In this document: in pieces, positions 49,377 through 60,503 of the stretch | Layout: every line of letters begins with the position of its first letter | Position numbering within the stretch: the stretch's first letter is position 1 | NCBI GenBank assembly: GCA_963790205.1 | Contig: CAWBNQ010000001.1 | Span: 128,001-192,000, forward strand | Origin: Nitrospirota bacterium | GTDB lineage: Bacteria > Nitrospirota > UBA9217 | DNA: 64,000 nt | Direction of reading: 5' to 3' | The notes under the pieces: generated by a model | Told to the model about the DNA's origin: nothing | What the model saw: only the letters and a program-made list of their open reading frames with translations | The model's database searches: none | Made by a program: the position numbers and the translations under genes

Positions 49377-49439
49377 AGTCTTCGCGGCAAATTCTTGGTT
49401 CATGCTGTCCGGGTTCGGATTTCGATATCCGTACTTGCT

Positions 49440-51169
49440 TTACCTGCATACTCCGCACGTTTTACACGATGCCGGCCTGCACGGCGGCGTGAACTTGCCC
49501 TCGAGGGCCCGCTCGAATTCATTCCTAAGATAATCTTTCCGCACACCGATGTCAATAAAATCCCAGGGCAGGACCTCGGCAACATCACGCCGGCGCGTTA
49601 CGTAAAAATCCGTGTCGATCCCGAGCTCCCGGGCCGCTGTTTTCCAGTCGCCGTCCTTTTCATGGGCGGCACGGATGAGCTTCCCGAGCCGCCGGTCCCC
49701 GCGCGAAAGCGTGGCCTGAACGTACTCCCATTTGGGCAGGTCATGGATGATGTTCATGTTTCCGATCTTCTTGACCGCCTTTTCAAGATAACGGAGTTTT
49801 TTATTCAGGCTGTCAACGCGCTCCATCGGCTCCCACTGGAACGGCGTGAACGGCTTCGGCACAAAGGAGTTCACCGAAAGGGTGATGCGGCCGATCCTGC
49901 CCGCGGGCCGCGCGTGTTTGAGCTGGACCTCATGCGCCTTTTCCGCAAGCGCGATGATCGCGTCCACGTCCTCCTGCGTCTCGGTCGGCAGGCCGAGGAT
50001 GAAGTACAGTTTCAGGTTCGGGATGCCGCGGCCGAAGATCATGTCCGCTGCGCGGAGGACGTCCTCTTCGGTCACGCCCTTGTTGATCACCCTCCGGAGA
50101 CGCTCCGAGCCCGCCTCGGGCGCGATCGCGATGGTCTTGTGCCCGCTCTTGCGCCAGGCGGTCGATGAGCGCTTCGCTCACGGAGTCCGCGCGGAGCGAC
50201 GAGACCGAGACCTTGCCGTGGATCGCAGCGCAGAGTTCGCCGATGTCGGGATAGTCCGAGAGAGCAGCGCCCACCAGCCCGATCTTCCCGCACAGATCGT
50301 CGGCCTTTGCAGCCTGCTCCTTCGCCTGCGCGATATTGAGGTTCCTCGGCGGAAGATAGATGTATCCGGCCATGCAGAACCGGCAGTGCCTGCCGCACCC
50401 GCGCGTGATCTCCGAAAGGTACATATCGCTGAACTCGGTGTTCGGCGTAAGGATCACGGTTGCCGCGGGTGACGCGTTGAAATCCCCGACCGTGCGCTTG
50501 ACTATCGAGTCGGGCGCCGAGGGCTCAAGTTTTTTTCGTTCCTTGATCGTGCCGTCTTCATTATAGATGACATCATAGAACTCCGGCACGTATACTCCCG
50601 GTATCCGGATGAGCGCCTTAAGCAGCTCATGCCTGCCTTTTTCTCTATTCTCCCGATAGGCGTCCGACGAACTCACCCATGACCTCTTCGCCTTCGCCCA
50701 CGATCACGATATCGAAAAAATCGGCAAGCGGCTCGGGATTGAAGAAGGAACAGATGCCGCCGAGGAGCACAAGAGGGTCTTCGTCTGTTCTTTCTTCCTG
50801 AGCGAGAGGAATCCCGGAGAGGCGGAGGATTTCGAGGATGTTCAGATAGTCCTGCTCGAATGAGACGGAGAAGGCCAGGATGTCGAACTCTTTCACCGGC
50901 CGCTTGCTTTCGAGGGTGAAGAGTTTTGTGCCCGTTTTATAATAGTCTTCAATGTCTTCTTCGTCGGGCAGGAACACGCGCTCGCAAGCGGTGTCCTCCC
51001 GCCTGTTCAGGAGGGAATAGATCTGGTGCACGCCGAGGTTCGACATACCCACATGGTAGGTATTCGGATACGCGAGAACGATCTCAACCTGCGCGCCCCG
51101 GGCCTTGTGGACGGTCCCCCGCTCGGCGGCAAGCAATGCATCGGCTTTTTCTTTGAGCTTCCGCGACAT
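49440..51169 (-). CDS. Radical SAM protein (TIGR03960/YgiQ-related), interrupted by two +1 frameshifts near 50665 and 50151
   Basis: YPNTYHVGMSNLG, RGCGRHCRFC, SSLRAD, APEAGSERLR, FVPKPFTPFQW become one frame after removing one base at each site. Confidence 0.82.
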
Positions 51170-51407
51170 GGAAAGATTATACTATGCGGGAGGGCATTGC
51201 GCAAAGCAATTCAGGAATTGATTCCACGGTTGAATAATGAGAAAAAGAGAAGAAATTTTCTCGCAAAGGCGCAAAGGGCGCAAAGGAAAGCTTAATTCTT
51301 GGTTTTAAGAAAAATCCAAAGCTTTGCTTTTTTGTTTTACATTGTCTCTCTTTGCGAGCTTTGCGAGAAATGCCTTTTAGATTTTGTCTTTTGTCCGGTT
51401 TGCCTGA

Positions 51408-52316
51408 TCACGGCGGGCACTTGGCGCAGACCGACGTGAACAGCGCAGTGCTCAGGTACCGGTCGCCGCGGTCGGGCAGGACCACCACGACCGTACCGCG
51501 CTCGATCCGGCCGGCCATGGCGAGCGCGCCGAAGACCGCCGCTCCGCTGCTCATGCCCGCGAAGATGCCCTCCTCTAGTGCGAGCCGCCGCGTCGTGGCA
51601 AAGGCATCGTCGTCGTTCACCTTGACGATCTCGTCGGGAAAGGCGGGATTGAATATCTTCGGGACGATGGACTCCTGCATGTTCTTGAGGCCCTGTATCT
51701 TGTGGCCGAGAAAGGGCTCGACGCCCACGATCCTGATATTGCGGTTGAACTCCTTGAGCCGCTTGCCCGCTCCCATAAGCGTCCCCGTCGTGCCCATTCC
51801 CGCGACAAAGACGTCGACCTCGCCGTTGGTCTGGTCGATGATCTCCCGCCCCGTGGTCTCGTAGTGAGCGAGAATATTAGCGGGATTGTCGAACTGGTTC
51901 GGCATGAAATATCCGTCCGGAGACTCTTCCATCATCTTTCGCGCGCGCTTGATAGCGCCGTCGGTGCCCTCATTCCCCGGGCTCAAAATGAGCTCGGCGC
52001 CAAAGGCCTCGAGGACCTTCCGGCGCTCGAGACTCACGCATTCGGGCATGACGAGGACCACCTTGTATCCCAGGGCCGCGCCGACCATGGCGAGCCCGAT
52101 CCCGGTGTTGCCCGAGGTGGCTTCGAGGATCGTGTCGCCTTTTTTGATGCGGCCCGCTTCCTCGGCGCCCCTGATCATGTAAAGGGCAATGCGGTCTTTG
52201 ACCGAGCCGCCGGGGTTATTGCCTTCCAGTTTCGCGAACACCCTTATCCGTGGATTGGCATTGAGCTTTTCCAGTTTTACGAGCGGCGTATTGCCGATGC
52301 TGTCGAGAACTCCCAT
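51408..52316 (-). CDS. Cysteine synthase (CysK/CysM family)
   Basis: KLEGNNPGGSVKDR, TSGNTG, GMGTTGT, PDRGDRYLS; C-terminal CAKCPP. Confidence 0.92.
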   Translation of the reverse strand: MGVLDSIGNTPLVKLEKLNANPRIRVFAKLEGNNPGGSVKDRIALYMIRGAEEAGRIKKGDTILEATSGNTGIGLAMVGAALGYKVVLVMPECVSLERRKVLEAFGAELILSPGNEGTDGAIKRARKMMEESPDGYFMPNQFDNPANILAHYETTGREIIDQTNGEVDVFVAGMGTTGTLMGAGKRLKEFNRNIRIVGVEPFLGHKIQGLKNMQESIVPKIFNPAFPDEIVKVNDDDAFATTRRLALEEGIFAGMSSGAAVFGALAMAGRIERGTVVVVLPDRGDRYLSTALFTSVCAKCPP

Positions 52317-52494
52317 AGGCCTTCCTTTACAACAAATACTAAAATCGAAATCCTGAATTTTAAACGGTCGCGCTTCCTTGATTAGAATTAGATATTCGGG
52401 CTTCGAATTTGCGGTAAGCACTATACCAGATTCGGCGGGAAGTTGGAAGGGGGAAATATGCTCACTACGTAGGCCTCGGGCCGGTCCATCACCG

Positions 52495-54807
52495 TCAGCT
52501 GCTGTCGAGGATCGACCGCACCTTCCTTAAAAGCTCGTTCACGGGGACGGGTTTCATGATGAAGTTCACTCCCGGCTCAAGCAGGCCCTTTCTCTGTACG
52601 GTGTCCGCGGTATAACCGCTCAGGAACAGAACCTTCATGTCGGGGCTGAAGATCCTGATCTTGGCGTAGGCCTCTCTGCCGTTCTTCTTCGGCATGATAA
52701 CGTCGAAAAGGAGCAATTTTATCAAGTCGCGGTGCTCCATGAACTTGTTTACCGCGTCCTCGCCGTCTTCGGCCTCGATGACCGTGTACCCGAATTGCTC
52801 CAGCACGTTCCTGGTGAGCTTCCGCACGACCTCATCGTCTTCAGCCACAAGCACGGTCTCGACGCCGCCTTGTATCGGCGGAAGCTCAAAAGGCTGCATC
52901 TGCCGCTCAAGCGCAGGAACGACGGGCAAATAGATCTTGAACGTCGTGCCTTTGCCCTCCTCGCTGGAAACGGTGATCGTGCCGTTGTGCTGTTTGATGA
53001 TGCCGTAGGCTATGGCGAGCCCCAGTCCCGTGCCCTGGCCCACTTCCTTGGTCGTGAAGAACGGTTCAAAGATCCGCTGCCGGGTCTTCTCGTCCATGCC
53101 CATGCCCGAATCGGTCACCGTGATGAGGGCGTAGGCGCCGTGCTTTCCGAATTCGTGGGCTTTCGCAGATTCTTCGGAGAACTCGATGCGCCCGGTTTCG
53201 ATGAAGAGATAGCCGCCCTCGGGCATGGCGTCCCGGGCGTTCGTCGCGAGGTTCATAAGCACCTGCTCGATCTGCCCGGCATCGGCCATCACGTTCACGT
53301 CGTCGTCGGTCAGCATGGTTTTGAGCTCGATATTCTCGCCGATGAGCCTTGTGAGAAGCAGGTCCACCTTCTTGATGATCGCATTCACGCTGACAGGCTG
53401 GGGGTTGAGGAGCTGCTTCCGGCTGTAAGCGAGGAGTCCCTGGGTAAGCGAGGCCGCCCGGTTGGCCGAAGAGAGGATCTGTTCGATATTGTATCGCAGG
53501 GGGTCCCCCTCCTTCATCTTCATCTGCAGCAGGCTGCCGTACCCGATGATCGCCGTCAGGATGTTGTTGAAGTCATGAGCAATGCCGCCCGCGAGCGTGC
53601 CGATGGATTCCATCTTCTGGGACTGGCGAAGCTGCTCCTCAAGCCGCTTGCGTTCCGATACATCGATTCCCACGGCCACAAGGTAGCGCTTGCCGATCGT
53701 GGTCATGCGGAACCCCGTCAGGAAGAACGGCACCGGTGTGCCGTTCTTCGTGGTGAGCCTCGCCTGGAGGGTGACTTTTCCCGAGGCAAAGAGGTCCTGA
53801 AGTGCGCTGTGCACGATGTCCCTGTCTTTACGAAAAAGCTCAAGCACGTTCAGGGAGCCCAGCTCCTCGCTGGAATAGCCGGTCACCGCCGCTTCGTTGT
53901 TGTTCCAGCGTATCAGGCGGCCTTCCTCATCACAGATGAAGAATATACCGGGCAGGTTGTCGATAATCGAGTCGGAGAAGCTTTTTTCCTGCAGCAGCGC
54001 CTCCTCGGCTTCCTTGCGCTTCGTGATGTCGCGCGTGATCCCCAGCAGGGCTATTATCTCATCCTTGTCGTTCCTGAGCGGGACCCCGTGGGTCTCGAGC
54101 CAGAGTTTGCGCCCATGGATGCCCGTCATCTCGAAATCGAGGGTTCCCGCTTCGCCTCGAAATACCCTCTCCGTGAGCCTGGTGAATGCTTCGCGGTGCC
54201 CCGCGGTAACGAGGGAACAGACCGACTGCCCCTTGACCTGGCTGAGCGACTCGGCCTCGATCATGTCGAGACCGGCCCGGTTCATCATGATGAGGTTGCC
54301 CTCGGCATCGATAAGCTTTACGCATTCCGGTTCGGTGTCGATGATCGTCTGGAGGAATTTCCGGCTTTCCCGCAGTTCCCGGTCGGTTTCGTCGCGGCCG
54401 GTTATGTCATGGATCATGGAGATGACGCCGTGAAGCTCCCCTGCCTCGTCCAGCACGGGCGTGTTGTGCCATTCGCAGGCGATCCGCTTCCCGCCCTTGT
54501 TGACGCCCGCGCACACGCCGAGCGTTGTCTTGCTCCCCTGCTGAATTGCGCGGCGCATGCACTCCGGCGGAGATTCCGCCCCCGGAAGCATAAGCTCACC
54601 CGCCTGCTTTCCCTTCGCCTCTGCTCCGGACCAGCCGAATATTTTTTCTGCGGCCGGATTCCACTCGAGGACGTGAAAATCCGCGTCCCAGACGATGTAC
54701 CCGAGGGGCATGCGATCAATAGAGAGGGCCAGTTGCCGATTACTATCGAGGATGTGCCCTGAGCGGTCGGAGAGGCCGGTGATATGTATTTCCTTGAGCT
54801 TTTTCAT
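52495..54807 (-). CDS. Three-PAS hybrid sensor histidine kinase/receiver
   Basis: [31 protein letters not shown], receiver FDVIMP. Confidence 0.92.
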   Translation of the reverse strand: MKKLKEIHITGLSDRSGHILDSNRQLALSIDRMPLGYIVWDADFHVLEWNPAAEKIFGWSGAEAKGKQAGELMLPGAESPPECMRRAIQQGSKTTLGVCAGVNKGGKRIACEWHNTPVLDEAGELHGVISMIHDITGRDETDRELRESRKFLQTIIDTEPECVKLIDAEGNLIMMNRAGLDMIEAESLSQVKGQSVCSLVTAGHREAFTRLTERVFRGEAGTLDFEMTGIHGRKLWLETHGVPLRNDKDEIIALLGITRDITKRKEAEEALLQEKSFSDSIIDNLPGIFFICDEEGRLIRWNNNEAAVTGYSSEELGSLNVLELFRKDRDIVHSALQDLFASGKVTLQARLTTKNGTPVPFFLTGFRMTTIGKRYLVAVGIDVSERKRLEEQLRQSQKMESIGTLAGGIAHDFNNILTAIIGYGSLLQMKMKEGDPLRYNIEQILSSANRAASLTQGLLAYSRKQLLNPQPVSVNAIIKKVDLLLTRLIGENIELKTMLTDDDVNVMADAGQIEQVLMNLATNARDAMPEGGYLFIETGRIEFSEESAKAHEFGKHGAYALITVTDSGMGMDEKTRQRIFEPFFTTKEVGQGTGLGLAIAYGIIKQHNGTITVSSEEGKGTTFKIYLPVVPALERQMQPFELPPIQGGVETVLVAEDDEVVRKLTRNVLEQFGYTVIEAEDGEDAVNKFMEHRDLIKLLLFDVIMPKKNGREAYAKIRIFSPDMKVLFLSGYTADTVQRKGLLEPGVNFIMKPVPVNELLRKVRSILDSS

Positions 54808-54913
54808 TCTGATAAAGATGGATGTGCAAGAGCGAGTCTTGTCTGTGTCAGCCTGCAGTCTGGAAATCGCAATGAGTTGTTTTCAAACGTAACCTGTCGC
54901 CTGCGCTCTGCCC

Positions 54914-54949
54914 CTGCATCTGCATCTGCATCTGAATCTGAATCTGAAT
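54914..54949. repeat. Hexamer tandem repeat (TCTGCA)n grading into (TCTGAA)n
   Basis: ctgcatctgcatctgcatctgaatctgaatctgaat. Confidence 0.7.
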
Positions 54950-55169
54950 AAATCATAGCAAATCTATAAATGTCTGTGCAAACATTTTCTTTCAGAATCT
55001 CTGTCATTTTCTTTTACGATGTCTGTCTATGGGTGTCTGTCTATGATTGAGGGTCGGCGTAATACCTTTGTTACAGAGGAGGGCCGTCGCAATACTGTTC
55101 AAGGGGAAAAGCGACGAGAGAGGCGTGCTTTATGTAGAGGTGATGAACACGTGCTGTTCGGCCGGGGCA

Positions 55170-55946
55170 TTACACCGTGAAGACGCCGGACACCCTGTAC
55201 CGGTCTGCGGTATAGAGCGTGATACGTTCGGAAAGAACAGCGCGGTGGGTCTTGAGCGCCACATCGGGACTGTTGTTCTGCTCCGAGAGATGCGAGAGGC
55301 AGGCCCACTTAAGCCGCTTGCCTTCCGCTGCGCGTTGCAGGAGCTCGGCTGCCTCCAGGTTCGAGAGATGGCCTTTCGGGCCTTTGATGCGCTGCTTGAG
55401 GTAGGCGGGATAAGGTCCCGTGGCGAGCATGTCCGGATCGTAGTTGCTTTCGAGGAAAACCGCATCGAGGGAGGAGACGAGGCGGATGAGTCCCTGGAAC
55501 ACGTGGCCGAGGTCGGTCATGATGCCGAGCCGTTTCGGGCCCGCTTCGATCACGAACGCCGACCCGTCCGCGCCGTCGTGGGGAGTGGGGACCGCCTGCA
55601 CGTGCACGTCGCCGAACCGGAGCTTCTCGCTCGACCGGAAGTGGCGCACGTCCTTGAGTTTTCCGAGCGTGCACCGGGACGCGGCCGCGGCGAGCGTGGC
55701 CGGCGTGACGTAAATCGGCAGGCCGTATTTGCGCTGAAACACGCCGGCATGCCGGATATGGTCGCCGTGGTCATGCGAGATGATCACCGCATCGATCGTG
55801 CGGATATCGCGGCCATGGGCCGCAAGCCGCTCCGCGGCCTGGACCCCGGTGATCCCGGCGTCGAAAAGAAGTTTTACGCTCGGGGTTTCTACGTAAATGC
55901 AGTTGCCGCTGCTTCCGGACTGGAGCGAAATGGCGATTATACTCAT
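55170..55946 (-). CDS. MBL-fold metallohydrolase (YycJ/WalJ-like)
   Basis: SGSSGN, SHDHGDH, PHD, TDLG, ESNYD, GHLSN, HLSEQNN. Confidence 0.9.
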   Translation of the reverse strand: MSIIAISLQSGSSGNCIYVETPSVKLLFDAGITGVQAAERLAAHGRDIRTIDAVIISHDHGDHIRHAGVFQRKYGLPIYVTPATLAAAASRCTLGKLKDVRHFRSSEKLRFGDVHVQAVPTPHDGADGSAFVIEAGPKRLGIMTDLGHVFQGLIRLVSSLDAVFLESNYDPDMLATGPYPAYLKQRIKGPKGHLSNLEAAELLQRAAEGKRLKWACLSHLSEQNNSPDVALKTHRAVLSERITLYTADRYRVSGVFTV

Positions 55947-56304
55947 GACGACCCTACTGTATCAATCATCCCGCAGCTTGTCAACGTGAAACATTACCAG
56001 CTTCTGCGATACGCGGGCAGATTTTACAACGCCGAAAAACCTGAAAGGCTTTTCAGCCGCAAAAAGGCGCATAAAGCGCAAAGAAAGCTCGACTCTTTAG
56101 ACAAAGTTCGAAATCTTTCTCTAGCTTTTGTGTCTTGTGCCCCTTTTTGCGGCCAAACATTCCTTGTCTCTTTTGAAGAATTTGATTCTCGAATAATTCC
56201 CGAAGGCAAGATTGTTCTTGAGTAGAGCGGCTTTGTTCCTTATAATATGAAGAAATATTTTTGTGCCTTTACAGACAACGGGTTTCGCCGGACGCATTAT
56301 AAAA

Positions 56305-57045
56305 ATGAAATCATCCCTCGACAACATTTCCATCGTCCTGGTGGACACGAAAACGCCGGCCAACATCGGCTCGGTGGCCCGGGCCATGATGAACATGGGT
56401 TTTTCCCGCCTGGTCCTCGTGGACCCGCCGGAGGACCAGCACGGTGAAGCGCGCAAACTTGCCGCGGGCGCATACGAAATTCTTGATAAGGCCGAAGTCC
56501 GCGGTACGCTCAAAGACGCGGTGTCGGACCAGGGCCTCGTGCTCGGCGCTTCCCGCCACAAGGGACGTCGTCGCAGGAATATTCATACACCCCGGGAGAT
56601 GGCCGAGCAGGCCGTCCCCCTGCTCGGCCGGAACAAGATCAGCCTGGTCTTCGGCAATGAGGTGAACGGCCTCGAAAACACCGACCTCGCGCTCTGTCAC
56701 GAATTGATCTCGATCCCGTCGTCAGAGGCATTTTCGTCATTGAACCTGTCTCACGCGGTCATGGTAGTGATGTACGAATTCTTCGTCGCGGCAGCGGCAG
56801 CGTCCTGCCCGGAAAACACCGAGCTTGCCCTTGACCGGGAGCTTGAGCGTTTTTATGAGCATATGAAAAATACCTTGCTGGATATTGAATTTATTGACGA
56901 TCGCAGCGCGGAACACATGATGTTTTCCCTGAGGCAGTTGTTCGGGAGGACACGGCTTGATGCCCGGGAAGTAGGAATTTTGCGGGGAATCCTGAGTGCC
57001 GTGGACAGGACCTCCCATGCAAAGCAAAAAGAGGTCGGCAGGTGA
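56305..57045 (+). CDS. trmJ: tRNA/rRNA 2'-O-methyltransferase (TrmJ/LasT, SPOUT)
   Basis: NIGSVARAM.NMG, FGNE..GL, SLNLSHAV. Confidence 0.85.
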   Translation: MKSSLDNISIVLVDTKTPANIGSVARAMMNMGFSRLVLVDPPEDQHGEARKLAAGAYEILDKAEVRGTLKDAVSDQGLVLGASRHKGRRRRNIHTPREMAEQAVPLLGRNKISLVFGNEVNGLENTDLALCHELISIPSSEAFSSLNLSHAVMVVMYEFFVAAAAASCPENTELALDRELERFYEHMKNTLLDIEFIDDRSAEHMMFSLRQLFGRTRLDAREVGILRGILSAVDRTSHAKQKEVGR

Positions 57046-57223
57046 CTCAATTTTAAATTATTATATGTTCTTCATTTAAACTATGGCATTGACATATCTC
57101 TTTTACTACCAGTATATTATTCGATAAGTAAAACTAAGGATGGACAGCATACGTTACAAGGATTATCAGCTAGCGGAGACACGGTAAAGACATCATTACA
57201 GAATTAATGGAGGCATGGGTCAT

Positions 57224-57646
57224 ATGGGAAATCCGAAACAAGCTTCAGGGACCGGCGTACTCGAACCAACAACCAAAGTCAAAATCAACTGCTGGGAGCA
57301 CAAAAAATGCGGACGGCAGCCCGGCGGCCATAAGGTGGCGGACCTGGGCGTCTGCCCCGTCACTACCTACGCCGACTTGGACGGCGCTCACGGCGGAAAG
57401 AACGCGGGACGGGCCTGCTGGGCGATCGCGGGTTCGCTCTGCGGAGGAAAGATCCAGGGGACGTATGCAATGAAGCTCTTGAACTGCTGGCGCTGCGAAT
57501 TTATGAATTCCGTGAAACTGGAGGAGGAACCCACGCCTCTCGGCTTTTCACACACACGGCTCGGCATGGACAAGTCCGTTGAAAAACTGAGACACTCGGT
57601 AGGGGTCATGAGTCACGATCGCAACAGCGAAGCAAAACGTTCGTGA
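57224..57646 (+). CDS. Two-CW-domain cysteine-rich protein
   Basis: NCWEHKKCGR..CP..GRACWAIAGSLC..CWRCEF. Confidence 0.7.
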   Translation: MGNPKQASGTGVLEPTTKVKINCWEHKKCGRQPGGHKVADLGVCPVTTYADLDGAHGGKNAGRACWAIAGSLCGGKIQGTYAMKLLNCWRCEFMNSVKLEEEPTPLGFSHTRLGMDKSVEKLRHSVGVMSHDRNSEAKRS

Positions 57647-57774
57647 TATGACCGGCAGCGCGAGGTCTTCCCGCCTTGCCTGCCATAGGCCTGATTATCG
57701 TTTGATACATGAACCACAGCGACGCGGGGTTCAATGACTTTCGCCTTGCTGTGGTTTTCCTTTTTTATGCCTCG

Positions 57775-58893
57775 CTAATCCGCCTGTCTTCTCAGGAACG
57801 TGGGCTTGTCCAGGTCCTCACAGTCGATGCCGAGCGCCTCGTTCTTGAAGTCGAAGGTCTCCTGCCTGCGTTTCGGCTTCTCCACGACCTTCATGTACTC
57901 CTTCAGGTTCACGGGCCGCTTCACGAGCTCGCGGATGCCTACTTCGTCGAAGCCGGTCGCGATAACGGTGACCATCACCTCTTCGCTCATCACCGGATTG
58001 ATCACCGCGCCGAAAATGATGTTTGCGCCCGGATCAACCTCTGCCTTGATGATCGCCGACGCCTCGTTCAGCTCATAGATGCCCATGTCGTTCCCGCCGG
58101 TAATATTGATGAGCACGGCGCGGGCGCCCTTGATGGACCCGTCCTCAAGCAGCGGGCTCGCGATCGCTCTCTGCGCCGCGTCCGCGGCCCTGTTTTCTCC
58201 CGTGGCCACTCCGGTCCCCATGACCGCCCTGCCGCGGCTCGCCATAACGGTCTTCACATCGGCAAAATCCACGTTCACGTATCCCGGCACCATGACCACG
58301 TCGGAGATCCCCTTCACGGCCTGCCCCAGCACGTCGTCGGCGAGCTTGAAGGACTCGAGGAGCGTCGTTTTCTTTTCCGCGAGGTTGAGGAGGCGCTCGT
58401 TCGGGATCACGATGAGGGCATCCACGCTTTTCCTGAGTTCGGCGATGCCTTCCTCGGCCTTGTGCATCCTCGTTACGCCTTCGAAGCTGAAGGGCTTGGT
58501 GACCACACCCACGGCCAGCGCCCCCACCTCGCGCGCGAGGCTCGCGATCACCGGCGCGGCCCCGGTGCCCGTGCCGCCGCCCATGCCGGCGGTGATGAAG
58601 ACCATGTCGGCGCCGGCTATGGCCGCCTTGATTTTTTCGGCGTCCTCGAGCGCGGCCGATCTGCCGATCTCGGGATTGGCGCCTGCCCCGCGTCCGCAGG
58701 TGAGCTTGGACCCGATCTGGAGTTTGATCGGCGCGTGCGCAAGCTCCAGGGCCTGCGTGTCCGTATTCGCCACGATGAACTGCACCCCCCTGATGTCGGA
58801 GCGCACCATGGTGCCTACGGCGTTGCTTCCGCCGCCGCCCACCCCGATCACCTTGATGACCGCAGGCTGTCTTTCTTCCTCAAACTGGAACAT
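57775..58893 (-). CDS. ftsZ: Cell division GTPase FtsZ
   Basis: [24 protein letters not shown]-terminal DKPTFLR; an alternative upstream start is possible. Confidence 0.97.
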   Translation of the reverse strand: MFQFEEERQPAVIKVIGVGGGGSNAVGTMVRSDIRGVQFIVANTDTQALELAHAPIKLQIGSKLTCGRGAGANPEIGRSAALEDAEKIKAAIAGADMVFITAGMGGGTGTGAAPVIASLAREVGALAVGVVTKPFSFEGVTRMHKAEEGIAELRKSVDALIVIPNERLLNLAEKKTTLLESFKLADDVLGQAVKGISDVVMVPGYVNVDFADVKTVMASRGRAVMGTGVATGENRAADAAQRAIASPLLEDGSIKGARAVLINITGGNDMGIYELNEASAIIKAEVDPGANIIFGAVINPVMSEEVMVTVIATGFDEVGIRELVKRPVNLKEYMKVVEKPKRRQETFDFKNEALGIDCEDLDKPTFLRRQAD

Positions 58894-59088
58894 CCCGTTA
58901 GCCCTCCCTTCCGCGTGTATCTCCGGTCCGTCGTTTTCGCTCCTGGCGCCGCCTTCCGTGTCCGCGACAAATTCCATGATATCCTGGAACCCCAACTCGA
59001 GATTATCGTCCATCATCCCTCCACGGAATTGCGGATTGGCGGATCGCGGAATGAATTGCAAAAATCCGCAATCCGAAATCTGCAATTC

Positions 59089-60310
59089 TTAAATGTATTC
59101 TCCCAGCCACTTCCAGAACCTGCCGAGCATGCCGCTCGCTTCTGAACTTGCGCGGCGCCTCCTGCTGGTTTTCGGCGCCGTAGAGCACAAGCCCCACTCC
59201 AGTGGCGTAGATGGGACTATTCACCACGTCCATGAGGCCGCCGATATTTCGCGGCGTGCCGCGCCGGATGGGCAGGCCGAGAAAACGCTCGGCCGCTTCC
59301 TGCACCCCGTCCATAAGCGCAACGCCCCCGGTGAGCACGATGCCTGAGGCGAACATGTCCTCGAAGCCGGTCTTCTTGAGCCGCTGCTGCACCATGCCGA
59401 AGAGCTCCTCGACACGGGGCTCGATGATCTCGGAAAGGATCTGGCGGGAAAGGAGCCTCGGCGGCCTTCCTCCCACGCTCGGCACGTCAAGGGTTTCTTC
59501 ATTTTTTACGAGCGATGAGAGAGCGCAGCCGTATTTGATTTTGATCTTCTCCGCTTCCGAAGCGGGCGTGCGCAGCCCGATGGCGATGTCGTTCGTCAGG
59601 TGGTTCCCGCCGATGGGCAGCACCTCGGTATGCCACAGGCTGCCTTCGAGAAAAAGGGCCACGTCCGTGGTCCCGCCGCCGATATCGACGACCACCACGC
59701 CGAGGCTCTGTTCTTCCGCGGTAAGCACCGCGCGGGAGGACGCGAGCGGCTGGAGGACGAGGTCGTTCACGTGGAGCCCGGCGCGTGAGCAGCTCTTAAC
59801 GATGTTCTGGATCGAAGTGAGGGCGCCGGTGATGATATGCACTTTGGCTTCGAGCCGGACCCCGAACATGCCGAGTGGGTCCTTAATGCCGTCCTGGTCG
59901 TCGATGATGAATTCCTGGGGAAGCACGTGAAGGACCTGCTGGTCCATGGGGATGTTGACGGCCCGGGCGGCGTCGATCACGCGCGCCATGTCGGAGGGCC
60001 CCACTTCCTTGTTCTTGATCGCAACGACGCCGCGGGAATTGATGCCCTTGATGTGGCTGCCGGATATGCCCACGTACACCGAGTTGATCTCGACACCGGC
60101 CATGAGTTCGGCCTCCTGGACCGCTTTTTTGATGGACTCCACCGTGCTGTCGATATTTACGACCACGCCTTTTTTCAAGCCATGCGAGGGGCTGATGCCG
60201 ATGCCGATGATGTCGACCTGCCCGTTTTCTTTTACTTCGCCCACGATGGCGCAGACCTTGGTCGTCCCCAGGTCCAGGCCCACGAGCACATTGTCCGGTT
60301 TTTTTACCAC
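59089..60310 (-). CDS. ftsA: Cell division protein FtsA, with a +1 frameshift near 59137
   Basis: DLGTTKV, DIGGGTTD, VLTGG; removing one base restores the amphipathic tail GMLGRFWKWLGEYI*. Confidence 0.95.
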
Positions 60311-60503
60311 GGCGCACCCCCCGTTTTACGATAAGCTCGAAATTCCAAAATCCGAATTCTGATTTAAATTACAACTTGTAACCAATCATCAAATTTCAAC
60401 AGGCGACGGCTTGGGTCTCCCTGTGGCCATTGGCGTCTGCCTGGATCTTGAAGATTTACTGTTTCGCGCTTTCTCCTTACTCCTTACTCTCTGCACCTGT
60501 TGG

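Noticed and set aside
49440..51169. Programmed frameshifting or true pseudogene in the radical SAM gene
   Set aside because: No slippery sequence at either site, and the same +1 pattern occurs in ftsA, which favours sequencing error
52732..54762. Long antisense ORFs (also 13343-14686, 17225-18547, 21694-23286, 57709-59145)
   Set aside because: They are shadows of well-supported genes in GC-rich DNA and carry no recognisable motifs
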